Shown: positions 25,993-42,157 of the stretch, in pieces
Layout: each line of letters opens with the position of its first letter
How positions within the stretch are numbered: position 1 is the stretch's first letter
Origin: Microbotryum violaceum
Taxonomy: Eukaryota
DNA length: 64,000 nt
Assembly: GCA_001244265.2 (NCBI GenBank)
Contig: CDLV01000005.1
Span: 1,302,001-1,366,000 of the forward strand
Reading direction: 5' to 3'
Program-made: the position numbers and the translations under genes
The notes under the pieces: generated by a model
What the model was told of the DNA's origin: nothing
Database searches by the model: none
What the model saw: the letters and a program-made list of their open reading frames with translations, nothing else

Positions 25993-26254
25993 CTGCAAAG
26001 GCTTGTAAGAGACGTGGGTGAACGGTTGTGAGCTTGAACTCCAGCAAACTTGCAGTCATGAGCTGAAGATGCAAGTCAAGGAGATGTCTCCACCGCAGAC
26101 TCGAATGGCTCCCTCGCTCGATCGAGCGATGCGGTGCGGCAGTGCATGAGCCTCCTAACTTTGTCAGGGAGCTCCGAACACCCAAGACGCGACGCGTCGC
26201 CTCAAACGTATGATCAAGCACGACGGTACAAATACAACATACGATGAAACGACA

Positions 26255-27436
26255 TTAATTTCTCAATCGAGCAACGGCGGTGTCGAGCCAGTCATCTTCT
26301 TCCTCCGGTGGAAGGCGTCCAAAAGCCTGACTGGAGACGAAGCCTGATCCTCCGGCGGATTCCGCAAAGAAGGGGTGGTCTATAAAACGCAGTCGTCAGA
26401 TTTAGACCTTTAGTGATCGACAGTGGTTCCCAGAAGCACTTACTGAGCCTCTCTTTGTCGGATAAAACCTTGATCATCGCAACCTCGGTACCCTCCCCCC
26501 CCACTTGAGCATTCATCAGAGCTCCAACCCCCGATCCCATTCCCAACATCCTGACATGCTCGGTATTCATCTTCCTGACCGTGACATCACCTTCTTCCGC
26601 ACTGGAGCTCTTGGAGAACAAGATCATACTGCCCAACACGCTGCCAACCCCAACGACGACGGGAGTGATCTTGTCATCTGGGTTGAGGCGCACGGTGCGG
26701 AAGAGGACTCGATTGCCTACTTCTGCACCGGCCATGTAAGCTGCCGAAAGCGTCATCAACGAGGGGATACGGTGAATTGCTATTGGAAGTAGAGAGGTCG
26801 AGTTTGTCGATCCGGTAGTATGAGATACGGGACCTTTGCGAAGAATTTGATTCGCTTCCTGACGGGTGACCAGGTTGGCCTGATGCATGAAGAGCAGAAC
26901 GATGAGCAGTTTTGAGCGAAATTCGTGAATCATCTGAGACTGACCATGAAGAGAGTTGCCAGCAAGTAGTGGGTATCCTCCTTGCTCTGGATCTTGAAAA
27001 AGAACCACGAGTCGCTTAGGCCGACAAACGAATCCAACACGCGACCCTTGAGTTGATCGTCGGGGATCTTGCCAATCTCCAACAAGAGCTGATCCGGTTT
27101 TCCCTGGGAAGTGATGGGTATGATGACGCGCAGACCGTAGACAATGTCCTGGCCCGGCTGAGGTGGATAGGCGATGGCTTCGATGCGAGGAAGGGATGTT
27201 GGGCGCGTGAAGCTGGGCAGATGGAGGTAGTACACGAGAAAGAGGGCGAGGAGAAGCTTCAGGTAGGTTGACGGACGGGAGATCCACGGCGGCGTCGGGT
27301 GCTTCTCAGAGGCTGGTGATGGTGCTGACTTGGCAGGGGTGGCATTGTACTCGGGCGGAGGCGAGGCAAGTGGGGGTCGTGCGGGCGGGGATGACGTAGC
27401 ACTCGGCGCATTCAAAGGCAGACCATCGCCCGCCAT
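26255..27436 (-). CDS. Hypothetical protein with an N-terminal hydrophobic segment, 3 exons
   Basis: ORF 26930-27436 (YLKLLLALFLVYYLHL) joined by GT-AG introns to the 26292-27287 frame and a last exon ending ...DDWLDTAVARLRN*. Confidence 0.6.
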
Positions 27437-27647
27437 AGTCCCGAGTCAGACCGGAAGGAAAATAGATGAGAGAGGTGGTAATGTACCGGGGGTGAAGGCC
27501 AGGGCTACAGACGGGTACGGATGGTTGCAGATCAAGCAGAGACTAAGCAGAGCCAAGCCGCGAGCAATCAGGGGCGCTTGAGGCGGTCTGCTCTGGCTCA
27601 ACCTTGTAATATGTCTGTGCTGAGCTTGCCCAAAAAGTGAGCAGCGA

Positions 27648-28959
27648 ATGGCGCTCCTTACCAGTCTCCCAGTCGAAGTCAGTCACAACATACACATCAA
27701 TTTGGATTTGAATGCTGACCTTCATACTCACCGTTCCGCTCCGCTCCGCACCGCACGACCGCATACACTCGCATCCCCACATTCATCTACGCAGCTCATT
27801 ATCGAGATCTTGTCGCGATTGGGATGGCACACCGCACACTACTCAGATAGAGAACGCCAATCGGATCTGGCTTCGGTCGCTTTGGTCAGTCGCCCCTGCA
27901 TGTTCTACTACTCGGTATCACTCGGACTCGGACAGACTCCCCTGACCACCTCACCCCTGCTCTCTTGCGCAGACTCACCCTGCTTTTCTGCATGCGGCGC
28001 AATACCTGCTCTACTCTTCGCCATCACTTACGATCCGCAACTCGGGTCGCTCAGCCTCCCTGGCCTCGACCGTCTCGTCCAAGCCCGAACTGGCCTCGCT
28101 CATCACCTCGCTCGTCGCCTTCTCCGACAAGGATGTTAGCCATCCAGCTTCGGTGACAACCATTCTCAACTCGTGCCTTAACGTATCCTCACTCTCTCTC
28201 GGCGTCGCCATATTCAACACTTCAGAAGCTTCCAACGCTCTGAAACTAGCAGCTCTACAGAAAAACCTCACCAGGTTCACGTGGGTCGGGATCGATCTGT
28301 ACCCCGTCGCCGACCTACTTGCGGCATGGACCAACCTCCGAGACTTGAACGTGACTGTCGAAACCTCGAAGGGACTTGAAATCATTGCAATACCGCGTTA
28401 CCACCTACAAATATTATCCGTCTCGGGTAGGCCAACTCACGGAATGTTGGTGCTTGGTGGGGACTACCTCGTGCACTTGCTCGGGTCAACTAGACCGGGA
28501 ACGCTCCGAGTGCTTGAACTGCATCATATCTGCTTCGAAAGTTCGGATGACACCGCCTCGACCGTGCTCAACCCATATCTCCCATTCGTACGGTCCCTGA
28601 CCATGCGCCACCTAATTCCAAACCCACTTCTGGATTGTCTCTCCGTCTGTGAGCCCCACACCTCGCTCCGTCGTCTCGTCTACTCGCCCACGGCCGGCAC
28701 CACCCTGGAAACATTTGGAAATCCCCTCCCCATCCCCAAGTCGTTGCGGTCGATCCACGTCACGGGGCGAACGACATACCTCGAGATGGGACTCATACCC
28801 ACGCTCCAAAGCCTCGGAGTAGAAGACCATGCTCTGAGGTTGATCGAATTGAGAGGCCCCTTTGCGTCCGACCCTCGATCGGCAGTATTGCGAACATTGT
28901 GCACGGTCCAAGGGATCGAGTTGCAGGTCAGGCGGGAATTTTCCGGCTTATCTGATTAA
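27648..28959 (+). CDS. F-box-like / RNI-like LRR protein
   Basis: MALLTSLPVE|LIIEILSRL (F-box start split by an intron), then LRR-like strands (LRDLNV, LQILSV, LRVLEL, VRSLTM, LRRLVY, LRSIHV). Confidence 0.65.
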
Positions 28960-29057
28960 CACTGTGAGAGATTGCCCCGTCATTCATGAAACATGATAAG
29001 ATGCAAGGCAAATGTTTACAATTGCAACGAGAATGCAGTACATGGTAGCAAAGCAGA

Positions 29058-32000
29058 TCAAATTTTGCGCTCTACAGGGCGAATCGTTACACCCGGTTTG
29101 ATCAACACCGAAGGCAGAGTCTGGTCTCGTAGGACCTGTGAAGATGAAACATATGTATCAGTTGTCATTTTTTGCCCGCTTTCCAAGCCGCTCTTGGATC
29201 AGATAATACCTACCGTACTCGTCGACCACTCGGGTCCCATCGGCGTCCTTAACTTGTGTTCGTGCTGCGCGACACTCGTATAAGGGAACGGCAGATCCTT
29301 AAGCAAATACTTGGACGCCTTCTTGTCCTTCTTCTCCGAGATGATGACGTTGGAGAACTTGGCGTCTTGACGATCCGCGGCTTTGATACCGGGGACGTGG
29401 GTGATGAATTTGCGTTGGGGTTTCTTGGATTTCTTGACGCCTTTGCCAGACCATGCGCCCTGAGTGAACGGAAGAAGCAGATCAGCCGATGATCGAGGAT
29501 CGGACATCAATAATTCAGACGAATAACTCACCCATCCAGGCAGCGTATTATCAATCTCCTTCGGTGCATCTCTCTCGATTTCCCTTCTCTTCTCCTCCTC
29601 AAAGTCAGCAACCACATCATCGCCCGCAAAAGCCTTGGCGACCAACTCCCTCTGTTGAATTGCCGTCTTGCCTTTGCCCCTTTGAGCATCAACGTCTCCT
29701 TCCTCATCCGACGAATCCACCTCCTCATCCTCCATCGTCAACCGAGCACTCGCCTCAGTCGACAATTCGATCCCAGCCTGCTTTCCCTTCGCCTGACCCT
29801 TCTTCTGCACCTTCTTGTCCGTCGAGGCCTCAGGCGCCCTCCCAACCCCCTCAATCTCGACCCTCGCATCATCCTTCTCCGCCTCCCTAGCGTCCTCAAG
29901 TCGACTCTTCCGTCGCTCGACTTTGGACGCTAACTTGGTCGCGGCGTGTTCATCTTTTCCAAAAGCGGCTTTGTTGGGTTTGCGCGAGATCTTGGAGCCG
30001 GAGGCACCTTCGGCGGCGAGGGCGAGCCACGGATTCGATTCGCTCGTCGAGGGGCCTGAAGCCGATGTGGAGGCGAGAGGAGAGGGACGGACAGATGCTA
30101 CGGACAGAGGAGCCGATAGTTTGGTCGTGTGCGTGGACGATTTGGTCGAGGATGTTGAAGGTGTGGGCTGGGCGGAAGAAGTCTGGGTGGAGGTCAAAGC
30201 CTTTTTAGCTCCTGCAAAAAGCCAAGCCTCAATTCACTACCTGAAAAACTCACCTGAGCTAACCCCGAAGGTCCGAAGACCATTCGCCCTGTATTACCCT
30301 GAACCTGCTGCGACTGCGCGCCCGGTTCCTCGTCATCAGAATCGTCCTCATCATCATCTCGTAGTGCACCACCCATCTCATCCATCCTCTCGAGTCGGGT
30401 TCGAAGTTCGTCCGTCGATTGCTGCACCTTGCGATCCTCTCGAGCGATGGCGTCCCTCATGAACTTCATGTTGAGCACACCCTTGAGCTGCGGCCCATTC
30501 TCGGCCTTGTCCTTCTCGCGCGCTTCGAGACTGGCAAGTTCGTCGAAGGCTCGTCGTCGGATCTTGTCGACACCGCCTTCAGTGTCGTTCTCATCTTCCG
30601 AGTCGTCCGAGTCGTCGTCGTCTGAAGATTCATCGCGATCGTCATCGCCGCGGCCTTCGATTCTCCTTGTCAAGGCCTCCTTGCGCGCTACCATCTCCCT
30701 CACGGCCGTGTTCCTCTCCTCATCCAGTCCCTCCAGCCCTCCAATATTCGTCCGACTCCACCTCCCACCCTTGGACGAATGCTTAAGCGTCATCCTCTCC
30801 TTAGCCCGTAACACCTCCCTCCTCGCCTGTTCATCTTCAGCCCTGGACCCACCGTCCAACAAGTCCAACTCTTTCAACTCGTCCAAACTCAACCCATCCA
30901 GACCTTCCTTCCCACCCTTGGCCAAAGCCTTCCTATGAATTCTCCTAAACACCTTGGACTTGATCTTGGCGACCCTCTTGGCCTTCCTCTCCGCACGAAA
31001 CATCAAATCCCTCTGAGTCCTCAGCTCGGTCTGTCGCTTGACCAAATCTTCCGGATCCAACGTCTTCAATGCTTGTTGTTCAGCCTTCTTCAAATCCGAT
31101 CCCGTCATCTGTCCAGCAGCAAGCAAGCTCTGGATTGAAGCCTCGAGTTGGTTCGATGGCTCAAAATTGGCGGCCCATTCATTCGAGTTGGCGTCCCTTT
31201 GCGCATCCCCCGTAGGCGCCATGAGAGGGAGGGTCAAGCGTTCATGACGAGCGCCTTCGACGCCGAGGCCAGACACGCCCTTCATGCGTCGGACGGTCTC
31301 GTTCCACTTGTCCGTCTCTTCCTTGGTCTTGTCAAAAGCAGCTTCACGATCGATCTTGTCTTGGAGTCGGGCGGGAAGAGGAGCTGCAAGAGGTCCGGGA
31401 GCTTTGAGATGAGAGTTGGAGGAGGAGGTCGCGCCTGTCGACGCGGTGGCTTTGAGAGTTTTGCGGAGTGCGACGAGCTTTGGGTTCTTGGATTCAGCGA
31501 ACGAGGCGAGCAAGTCGTCGAGTTGGATTTTGCCTGTGTGCATGGTGAGTTTGATGAGGTCATGTTCGGGATTCATGACATAAAGTAACGACTCACCGTC
31601 GTTGGCTCCATCCTTTGCACCGACAGCCACAAATTCGCCCTCGGGATAGGCTTCAGCTTTCTCCTTGAGCACGACCCTCTTCTTCTTCTTCCCACTCGCA
31701 TCCGGCTCCCCACCTTCCAAATCATCATTCTTTCGCTTTTTGCCCGCTTCGAGTCCCTGGACGAATGCATCCAGCTTGTCGATCGCGCCTTCGTATTCCG
31801 AGTCATTGTCGTCAGAGTCGACCGAGCTCATGTCCTCGTCCTCATCGTTGTTTTCGCTGTCCTCATCGGAGGCGTCCGAGTCATAGAGACTCATGTCAAG
31901 CATATGAGTAGCGTCATAGTAGGCCGCATCGTCATCAGAATCGGCTTGCGAGTCGTCCTGGTCTTCGTCGAGGTTGATCTCGAGCGGTTTCGACTTTGAA

Positions 32001-32645
32001 GCCGAGGTGCCTTTCTTGCCCTATCGCACCGAAAGACAAAATGTTAGCCCCTCAGTGAGCATAGTATCGCCTGATCACTCAAAAACACACCTTCGTCGGA
32101 GGAGCCTCATCTATCTCAATCTCGGACTCTGTTCCCGCATCGTCCGAGTTGATGTCCTCGTCATCATCGCCACCCTCCTCATCCCCGCCCTGCTCCTCAT
32201 CCGAATCCAAGCCCATCTTCAACCCTTTGGGTTTGAACCCCGTAAAATCGACTGGTTCGTCCCCATTGAACATGGCCTCCAGATCGTCCCTATCCTGAGC
32301 ATCCATACCTTCCTCATCCTCATCGTCGTCATCGTCCCTGCGCCTTCCCTTCCCCTTCCCAACATTGGCCCTAGCGAGAGGATCTACATCTCCTCTGGCC
32401 TTCTTCTTCCCCGGTTCAAAAGAATATACGTTCAATCCCGTGCTTGTGGAAGTCCCATCGGCTTGGGACAGGACCTTGGTCTGACGTTTCTTGCTCATCG
32501 GTTTCGATTTGGTCTTGCTTTTGGAGGACTTGGTCGAGCTCGAACCACCACCACCACCACCACCACCACCACCACCACCGCCAGTCGCCGTATCACCCTG
32601 TGAGGCATGAGGTGCCGAACGTGGTTGTCGACCTGTCCTAGCCAT
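29058..32645 (-). CDS. UTP14: U3 snoRNA-associated protein Utp14, multi-exon
   Basis: ERKAKRVAKIKSKVFRRIHRK, RAKERMTLKH, FAGDDVVADFEEEK, TLPGW|GAWSG, LPFPYTS...PMGPEW. Confidence 0.95.
32544..32580. repeat. (CCA)n repeat encoding poly-Gly near the Utp14 N-terminus
   Basis: accaccaccacc array; GGGGGGGGGGGGG in the minus-strand ORF. Confidence 0.9.
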
Positions 32646-33194
32646 TTTTTGACAGGCCAAGTGTGTGTGTTTTGTGTGTAGAAGAAGCAACGATACAAGG
32701 AACTGAAGCGGAATGAGCCTCGCAAGGAGTCGACCCCCCGATCAACGTTTCGCCGAAATTTGGGCGGAGGGACGGAGGCTGCGAAGCTCGCACGGTTCGT
32801 TGCGTCAGCCCGGCGACGAGCGCGACGAGCGCGCCCAGCAGTGCACGCAAGCCCAAGATGGACGGGCCGACTTCGAAGGTCACGTGCACGACATCCGGCC
32901 ACGCCCACCCGGCCCGACAAACGGCAAGGCCCGTACAGGATTTTAGTCCCGGCTCAACCAATCACAAAGACACTTGCCCTTACCAGCGGCGGACAAAAAC
33001 TCGTCATGAACTTTGGATCTGTGAAGGTCCCCTCTCAGCCCTCGGTCCAGCGGCGGCAGTGTCTGCGTGGCCCGACCGGCGGTGGCGGGAATCAGCCGCC
33101 GGGGATTGTGGATATGGGTGCCAAGCGATGACGGGCACGGGCGCCGCGGTCCCTCCCCTTCTCGCAGTTACCGATCCTTGCTACAGTTGAAGGC

Positions 33195-34749
33195 ATGAAC
33201 CGAATTAGCACTCAAGTTCGCTCATGGGCCTCGATGCGCCCATCGTTACTCGCATGCAGTCGCAACACGTCCACAGACGCCATCTACTCCACCTCCTCGT
33301 CAACCTTACTCAGCCGTCGTACCCTATCTAGCTCCTCCGCATGTCGGTCAACCCCCAACAATGCACCACCCTATGTCTACACTTCGTTACCCACTCGCTC
33401 TTTGCTCCGTATCGGTGGAGAAGATGTCGACAAGTTCTTGCAGGGCTTGATTACGAATGACGTCGCTCGGTTGAGGAGCAGGCCAACGCATGCGTTGTAT
33501 GCTGGTGTACTCAAGGCCGATGTAAGGCTCTTTGTCACGAAAACATACTTTACACCGTTCCGATTACTTATATTATGAACGCGTAACAGGGTCGAGCATT
33601 ACACGACCTCTTTATCTACCCCTCCCCCACTCCTTCGCCGAGCTGGACCTACCTCCTCGACCACCCGACCGAAGTCTCCGACTCTTTCCGCAAGTACCTC
33701 AAAAGACACATTTTAAGATCCAAAGTCAAGTTGGCTCCAACGGCATCGACGACGGAACACGTCCAGGTTGCCTGGAAGCCGAGAAAGGGTGAGGAGGCTA
33801 CGCCCGATTTGGAGGTGGAGGTGGATCGATTGGCTTTAGAAGCGGAGGAGTGGTTGCAGGCGAATAAGGCGCTGCGAGATCCGAGGGATGGGTCAATGGG
33901 TTGGAGATGGGTTGCAGAACAGGGTGGTACCGATCAAGGCGAGTACTTTGATTTGGGGACAAAAAAGTCATTTCTTCTCGCGTCGAGTGCTCACTCCCTC
34001 CCTCGATCTCTAAAGTAGTTCCACCTCCCAAGCTTTTCCAACAAGTCACCCCACCTTATCACCACCTCCACCGCTTACTACTTGGAATACCTGAGGGGCA
34101 AACCGATCTCGCCTCCTTACCTCTCGAAGGCAATCTCGACTTCCTCGGCGCGATCGACTTCAAAAAGGGTTGCTATGTAGGCCAAGAGTTGACGGCGCGA
34201 ACGCACCACAAGGGAGTGGTGAGGAAACGACAGGTGCCCGTTCGGTTGTTCCGAGAAGGTGAAGAGTGAGTTCGAGTTCTCTTCGTCCCCTCAGTCTCTT
34301 GATCGAATCAACTGACGAGAACATATGAATAATCCATCAGCGTTCCCGAGGAACTCTACCCGACCTATTCGACCCTCAAACCCTACCCCGAACTATTCCC
34401 CCTCCCACCTCCAGGTTCTTCCCTAACTCCGCCTTCCGTGATAGGAACCAAAGCTGCCCCTCGGCATACAGGTCGTCTTCACTCGACCCTGCCCATCGTC
34501 ACTTCCTCCGGCTCGTCATTCGCATTAGGACTCGCCACGATCCGCATGGACAAACTCTCTCCCGATGCACAAGATGGTGGAGTGTTCGTGGTAAAGGCGG
34601 AATTGAAGGAAGGGGAGGAACAAGGATGGGGCGCGGGGGAGAGTGAGATGGAAGGTGAGAGGTGGTTCGCGAAGGCTTTTTTGGAGGAGGGGGGTTGGTT
34701 GAGTCGGGGTTTAAGGGAGGAGAGGGAGAGGAAAGGTGGGGACGAATGA
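33195..34749 (+). CDS. IBA57: Mitochondrial Fe-S maturation factor Iba57/Caf17 (YgfZ family), multi-exon
   Basis: Ser/Arg-rich presequence, [22 protein letters not shown], and signature [26 protein letters not shown] at ~34153-34230. Confidence 0.93.
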
Positions 34750-35447
34750 AAGGTAAGCGTTCATTGATAATAAGGAAAGCAAACTTCAGAGAACGGATGT
34801 ATCTTGGTCGGTTAGACTGTATCGCCCGATTCGAAGCGCACCCGTGAAGTTGCCTCGTACAATACGGTACGATCGGGAGCGAGAAAAGCTCGACCCCTGT
34901 CGTCGGTTTTCGAAATGAAATAGTCGCATCGGATGATCTTGGACAGTGGGGTCAATACCCCAACTCCCACAGAAAGAGCGACTATTGCAATAACAGCGTT
35001 CTCCGAGGTGTTGCAAGGAAACTCGTAGGCTCGGAGGCGGTGCTGAGCGTACGGTTTTCGCCGGGCCGGAAATCAGGAGTCCAAACCAGTCTCGCTTATA
35101 GATCCTCGGTGAAACGAAAAGCCTTTGGTCCCTCGGGGACAGCCGAAAGGGACTCGACCCCACACTCCTGCACCAATCCCCACCTCGAGCGTTTGAGACG
35201 AAGAAGTTTGCACCGCTCCGAGCTTGCGCGCCGAGGCTGTGCTGCTCCATTCTAAATTTCTTGGCCGCCTGGGTCGCCCGCGCGCGCTCGGGCACGGCAA
35301 GAGTCCGACCGAGCTGCGCCGAACTGCGCCGAGAAGCGCCATCATCGTCATAGCGGGGATGCTCCTTGCGTTCGTCCTCCTTCCTGCTACACGTCCGTGC
35401 ACACCCGCATTCAAAAGCAACCCACTTCAAAGCCCAACTCTCAAGCA

Positions 35448-35899
35448 ATGACCGTCACCCCATCCACAGCTCCCGTCGACACGATGGCCATGACCGACAT
35501 CAAGCTCGATTCGACCGCTGCGCCCAATAAGCCGACCGCAGCCTCTGCCAGCACCGCCGGAAGCATCGTCTCGCAACAACCCTCCGCGACGGTCTCTCCC
35601 CGAACGGCCGAACAGGAAGATACGATGCGTCTCCAAGGTGGCGGGGAATGCTGTCGATTGATCTTTTGTTGCCCTTGCATTGAAGTAAGTTGACTTTCCT
35701 GATTTGTCTTTTCAAGTCGCCACTCGTGATGAGGTCGTGATGGCGCCACGGCTGCGGAGCAAAGCGGGGTCAAACCCACCACCTAATGATATCAAGGATC
35801 CGAGACTGATCTGTTTCTGTCGATTCGTGTCCTTCGCAGTGCTTGATCTGCATCGTCACCCTGGGATGCGTTCGACCTCACATCGACTGCGGGTGCTAA
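35448..35899 (+). CDS. 98-aa small protein with QQP...MRLQGGG motif and Cys-rich (CYSTM-like) tail, 2 exons
   Basis: Exon 1 35448-35684, intron GTAAGT 35685-35839 CGCAG, exon 2 CLICIVTLGCVRPHIDCGC*. Confidence 0.75.
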
Positions 35900-36239
35900 A
35901 CGATCCTTTACACCCGATTCGATCACCTCAACCCACTGCAAGACGTTCAAGACCACCCCTAAAGCTCTTTTCGAGACATTCCACGCTCGAGAAAGGAGAC
36001 CCCCAACCTGCGCCACGACAACGTCACTTCGTCCCAATCCGGACGATACGTCTGTTCATTATCTCTTTGTATCATATAACGAAAATAGTGTTACGACCCT
36101 TTCTAGATCTCTGCTGTACATACGCTTGCGCGTTCCCTCGGGATAAATATGGAAAACAAAAGCTCGGATCCCGTTTTTCGGATTGCATTCCCATCGCACC
36201 TCCGTTCTTTAAGCCACCCCCCAAAGTTCTTATGGGTTT

Positions 36240-37589
<1,350 letters not shown>

Positions 37590-38120
37590 TGTGATCTAGT
37601 ATCTAAGGAATTGAGACCTGCTCACGCCAAATTAGGATGCTAGATCATGTTGAATCATCCTCGATGTTGCTCGTCGGCCGCGCATCTCGAGCACTCGAGC
37701 GATACGTTCCGAAAGCTCCGACGTGCGAACTGCTCCGGCGCCGCGGTGGACACGACACGACCTAACGATGCTCCGTGTATAAACACCAAGTCGGTGGGTC
37801 GACTAGGCCGTTTGTATCTTGGGAATCTTCTCCCCCAAGTCGCCTCTTCCAATGCTGCAGTGTAGGAAGGAACTCACGTAGGGTTGGTGTGGACGTGGTG
37901 AGGAGAGAACTCGAGAGACGAACGGAGTTAGGGAGCGCTCTCAAGATCTCAAGGCCAAGCGCTACTCTCAAGCTGAGAATTCGATTGCAGGTCAATCACG
38001 CTCCCGAAAGAGCAATCTTCTCACCGAATCATCAAAGGATGCCGCCTCCTTACTTAATTGACTTCTGTCGAAGGTCTGCTTCAATTGAAGTCTGCAAAGA
38101 TAATACACATGAAGCAAGAA

Positions 38121-39782
38121 CTACTTCTCCCCCTCCGTCCCCTCCTCCCCAACCCTTTTCACCCCCTTATCCGCCGCCGTCGCCGGTGCCGAACCCCAGA
38201 AACTCCATCCGCCCGGGGGTGTGACCTCGGCTTCCTCCCCTGCCCTATCCGAAAGCCCTAATTCCTCGATTGAAGGGGGTGGAGGTGGTTCAATCTTGGG
38301 TGTTTGGGAGGAGGGTCCGGCGGAAATGTAGGCTACGACGCAGACGACGACGACGACGATGGCGGCTGGTAGGAGTACAAGGGACCGGTTCAGTACGAGA
38401 CAGGTTACAACCTGGCTAAGACCGAGGTCCAGCCAGATGTGTGTACTTACTCATGACTCGTCTCGTCGAGATCCACTTTGTCGCCTCAATTTCCGTTCGC
38501 ACCTCCCCCAAGAGGATCGTGAATTTACTGTTCAGGTCCTGTGCGAGAGAAATGAGAGAGAAATGAGTGGGCGTTCTCAATGAAGGGTCAGCGTCTGCAC
38601 CGATGGTAACTGCTTTCGGTCCTGCACGGCTACGGACCATGATGCTGACGTCCAACTGCTTCAACTCGCCGCTCGTCTCTTCCTTTCGCGAGTTCATATC
38701 AAGCTACGGTCCAACTCGTAGATAAAAAAAAGTTAGTCGCCAGCGCTAGGTTCGGTGTGTGCCGAAGAGATAGAAACCGACCTGAATATCACTCTGCAGC
38801 CTTTGCATATCCTCCTTCATCTTTTGCGAGATCGCATCCGTTTCCCTCTGCAACACGGCCGTCATGGACCTAAGCGCGATCCCATCGTTCCTCGACTTGA
38901 TCTGCGACCCCGTCTTGAGTTCCTGCAATGCGGCGGTGAAGAGGTAGGCTTCCTATGTATGCGAACGCAACGATTGCTCAGTGAAGGTCAGTGAAGATCG
39001 TGAAGGACGACAAACCCACCTACGTTCTCTAGTTCTTGTTTGCCGACCAAGTCCTTCATCGCCTGTTCCTCCTTGACGAGCAACAACTCTTTGGTCGCTT
39101 GCATCAAGTCGATCGCGAGGGCCTTGTTGATGGAATTGTGTTCCAACTGACGAACGAAACGGTGGGTCGAGAAGGGAATCCGAGGGACGGGGATGGATTG
39201 GTGTGGTGGAGGGGGTGGGAAGGATGAGGAGTCCGAGGAAGAGTTCGGGGAGATAACCATGCAGGTTGAGGAGGAGTGGGTCGGTGAAGTTCCCGACGTG
39301 TCCGAAGCTGGTACGGCCTTTGAAGCGTTCGATGACAAAGTCGACGTAGACGCCACGGGTTCTTCCTCCGTAAGCGGCTGATCGCTACCTTCCTTCACCG
39401 CCGATGTCGAAGGCTCCATTGTCGAAGAAGTTGTTAGATCCGAAGGCGTGTTCGGGTGAACGAATCGGGCGCGATCTCTCGGATGCAACGAGCCATGCGC
39501 CTCTCCCCTCGGTGTCGAAGTCGAAGACACCGGCGACGACTTTGAAGGTGGGCCAGGTCTTGTCTTGCGCTGCGAGGGAGGGGAAGAGGGTGTGGGAGGA
39601 GGTGTTGTGCGGTCGGACGTGGCGGTCGACGAGGAGGAAACGAACCGACGCGGTGTGCGACGCGTGATTGGGTGGAGGGGAGTGCCATGGCCTGCTGCAA
39701 GGCATGAACTGGGGGAAGGTGCGGTCGAAGTGGAGGCGATACGGGACGCGTAGGACCATATTGTTCGTGAGGTGCCTGCCAT
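38121..39782 (-). CDS. DUF1640/CCDC90 family (Fmp32/Put6-Put7-like) mitochondrial coiled-coil membrane protein
   Basis: Presequence-like N-terminus, PFSTHRFVRQLE, coiled coil, ILLGEVRTEIEATKWISTRR, then a hydrophobic C-terminal segment. Confidence 0.8.
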
Positions 39783-40424
39783 GACTTGGTGGCGAACACG
39801 TTGAAAGGACGGTCTGTGCGGTCGATCGAGAAACAGCACGACGTTCGTGGTGATGTGTGAGCAGGTGGTGTCACAGAGCTGAACGTTGCAGCTTGACGCG
39901 TACCTCAGTGCGTGCCACGAGATGCGAGGTGGTGTTGCAGCGTTGTGAACGGCGGGGCCGAGTACGAGGGTGAGCTGGGAATCAGAGCACAAGAACCGAG
40001 CGAGAGCTTGGCAGTCACGTGTCGAACGAACGACGACGATCGATTCCGGCAACTCGAGTCAGAAAAAAATGAACTCAGACGGGTAAGCTCTGGGTGAGCT
40101 TTAAAAAAAATATAGTAGAGGGCTGGAAAGTGCAAGACTTTGCGAGTGCTGCGAACGGGTTATACAGTAGCAGCGAAAGGAGCTTCTTCGGGGCGACCGC
40201 CGGCCGGTTTCGGGTCCGATCGCGCTTTGGGTTCGTGCTCCTTCTCGTCTCCTCTTCTTTAAGCCAGCCGAACCGATTGTGCACCGCTTACCACTCTCCA
40301 CTTCCGCCCACCGTATTAGTAAGTTCCGCACGCTTTTAGTAAGATGACCCAGGGCAGCGCCTCCCCACTCCACTCACAAGGCTGAGTTTCCCTCCTCCCT
40401 CCTCCCTCCTCCCTCCTCCCTCAG

Positions 40425-41900
<1,476 letters not shown>

Positions 41901-42157
41901 AGCATGGACGTCCGAGTCGGAATTGCTCGCAATAGAAGGACTTGACTGCGAATAAGAATTGAGTTGTAATTGCAGACGACTACGCGGGAACGACATTGAG
42001 AAAAAGGCTGAAGAAAATGGACGAGGTGAAGGCGAGGGGGATGAAAACTTGTGAAGGAAAAGAATGCGAACGAGAAGGCTAGAATTGTACAGACTACAGG
42101 GGGTTCGAGACGTCGACGAGAAGTAGGGATCATAGAGGGCTTTCCCAGGTCGATCGG

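Noticed and set aside
35120-35170. T-arm-like GGGTCGAGTCCC stem on the minus strand
   Set aside because: It lacks the TTC consensus and no cloverleaf can be built, so it is not called as a tRNA.
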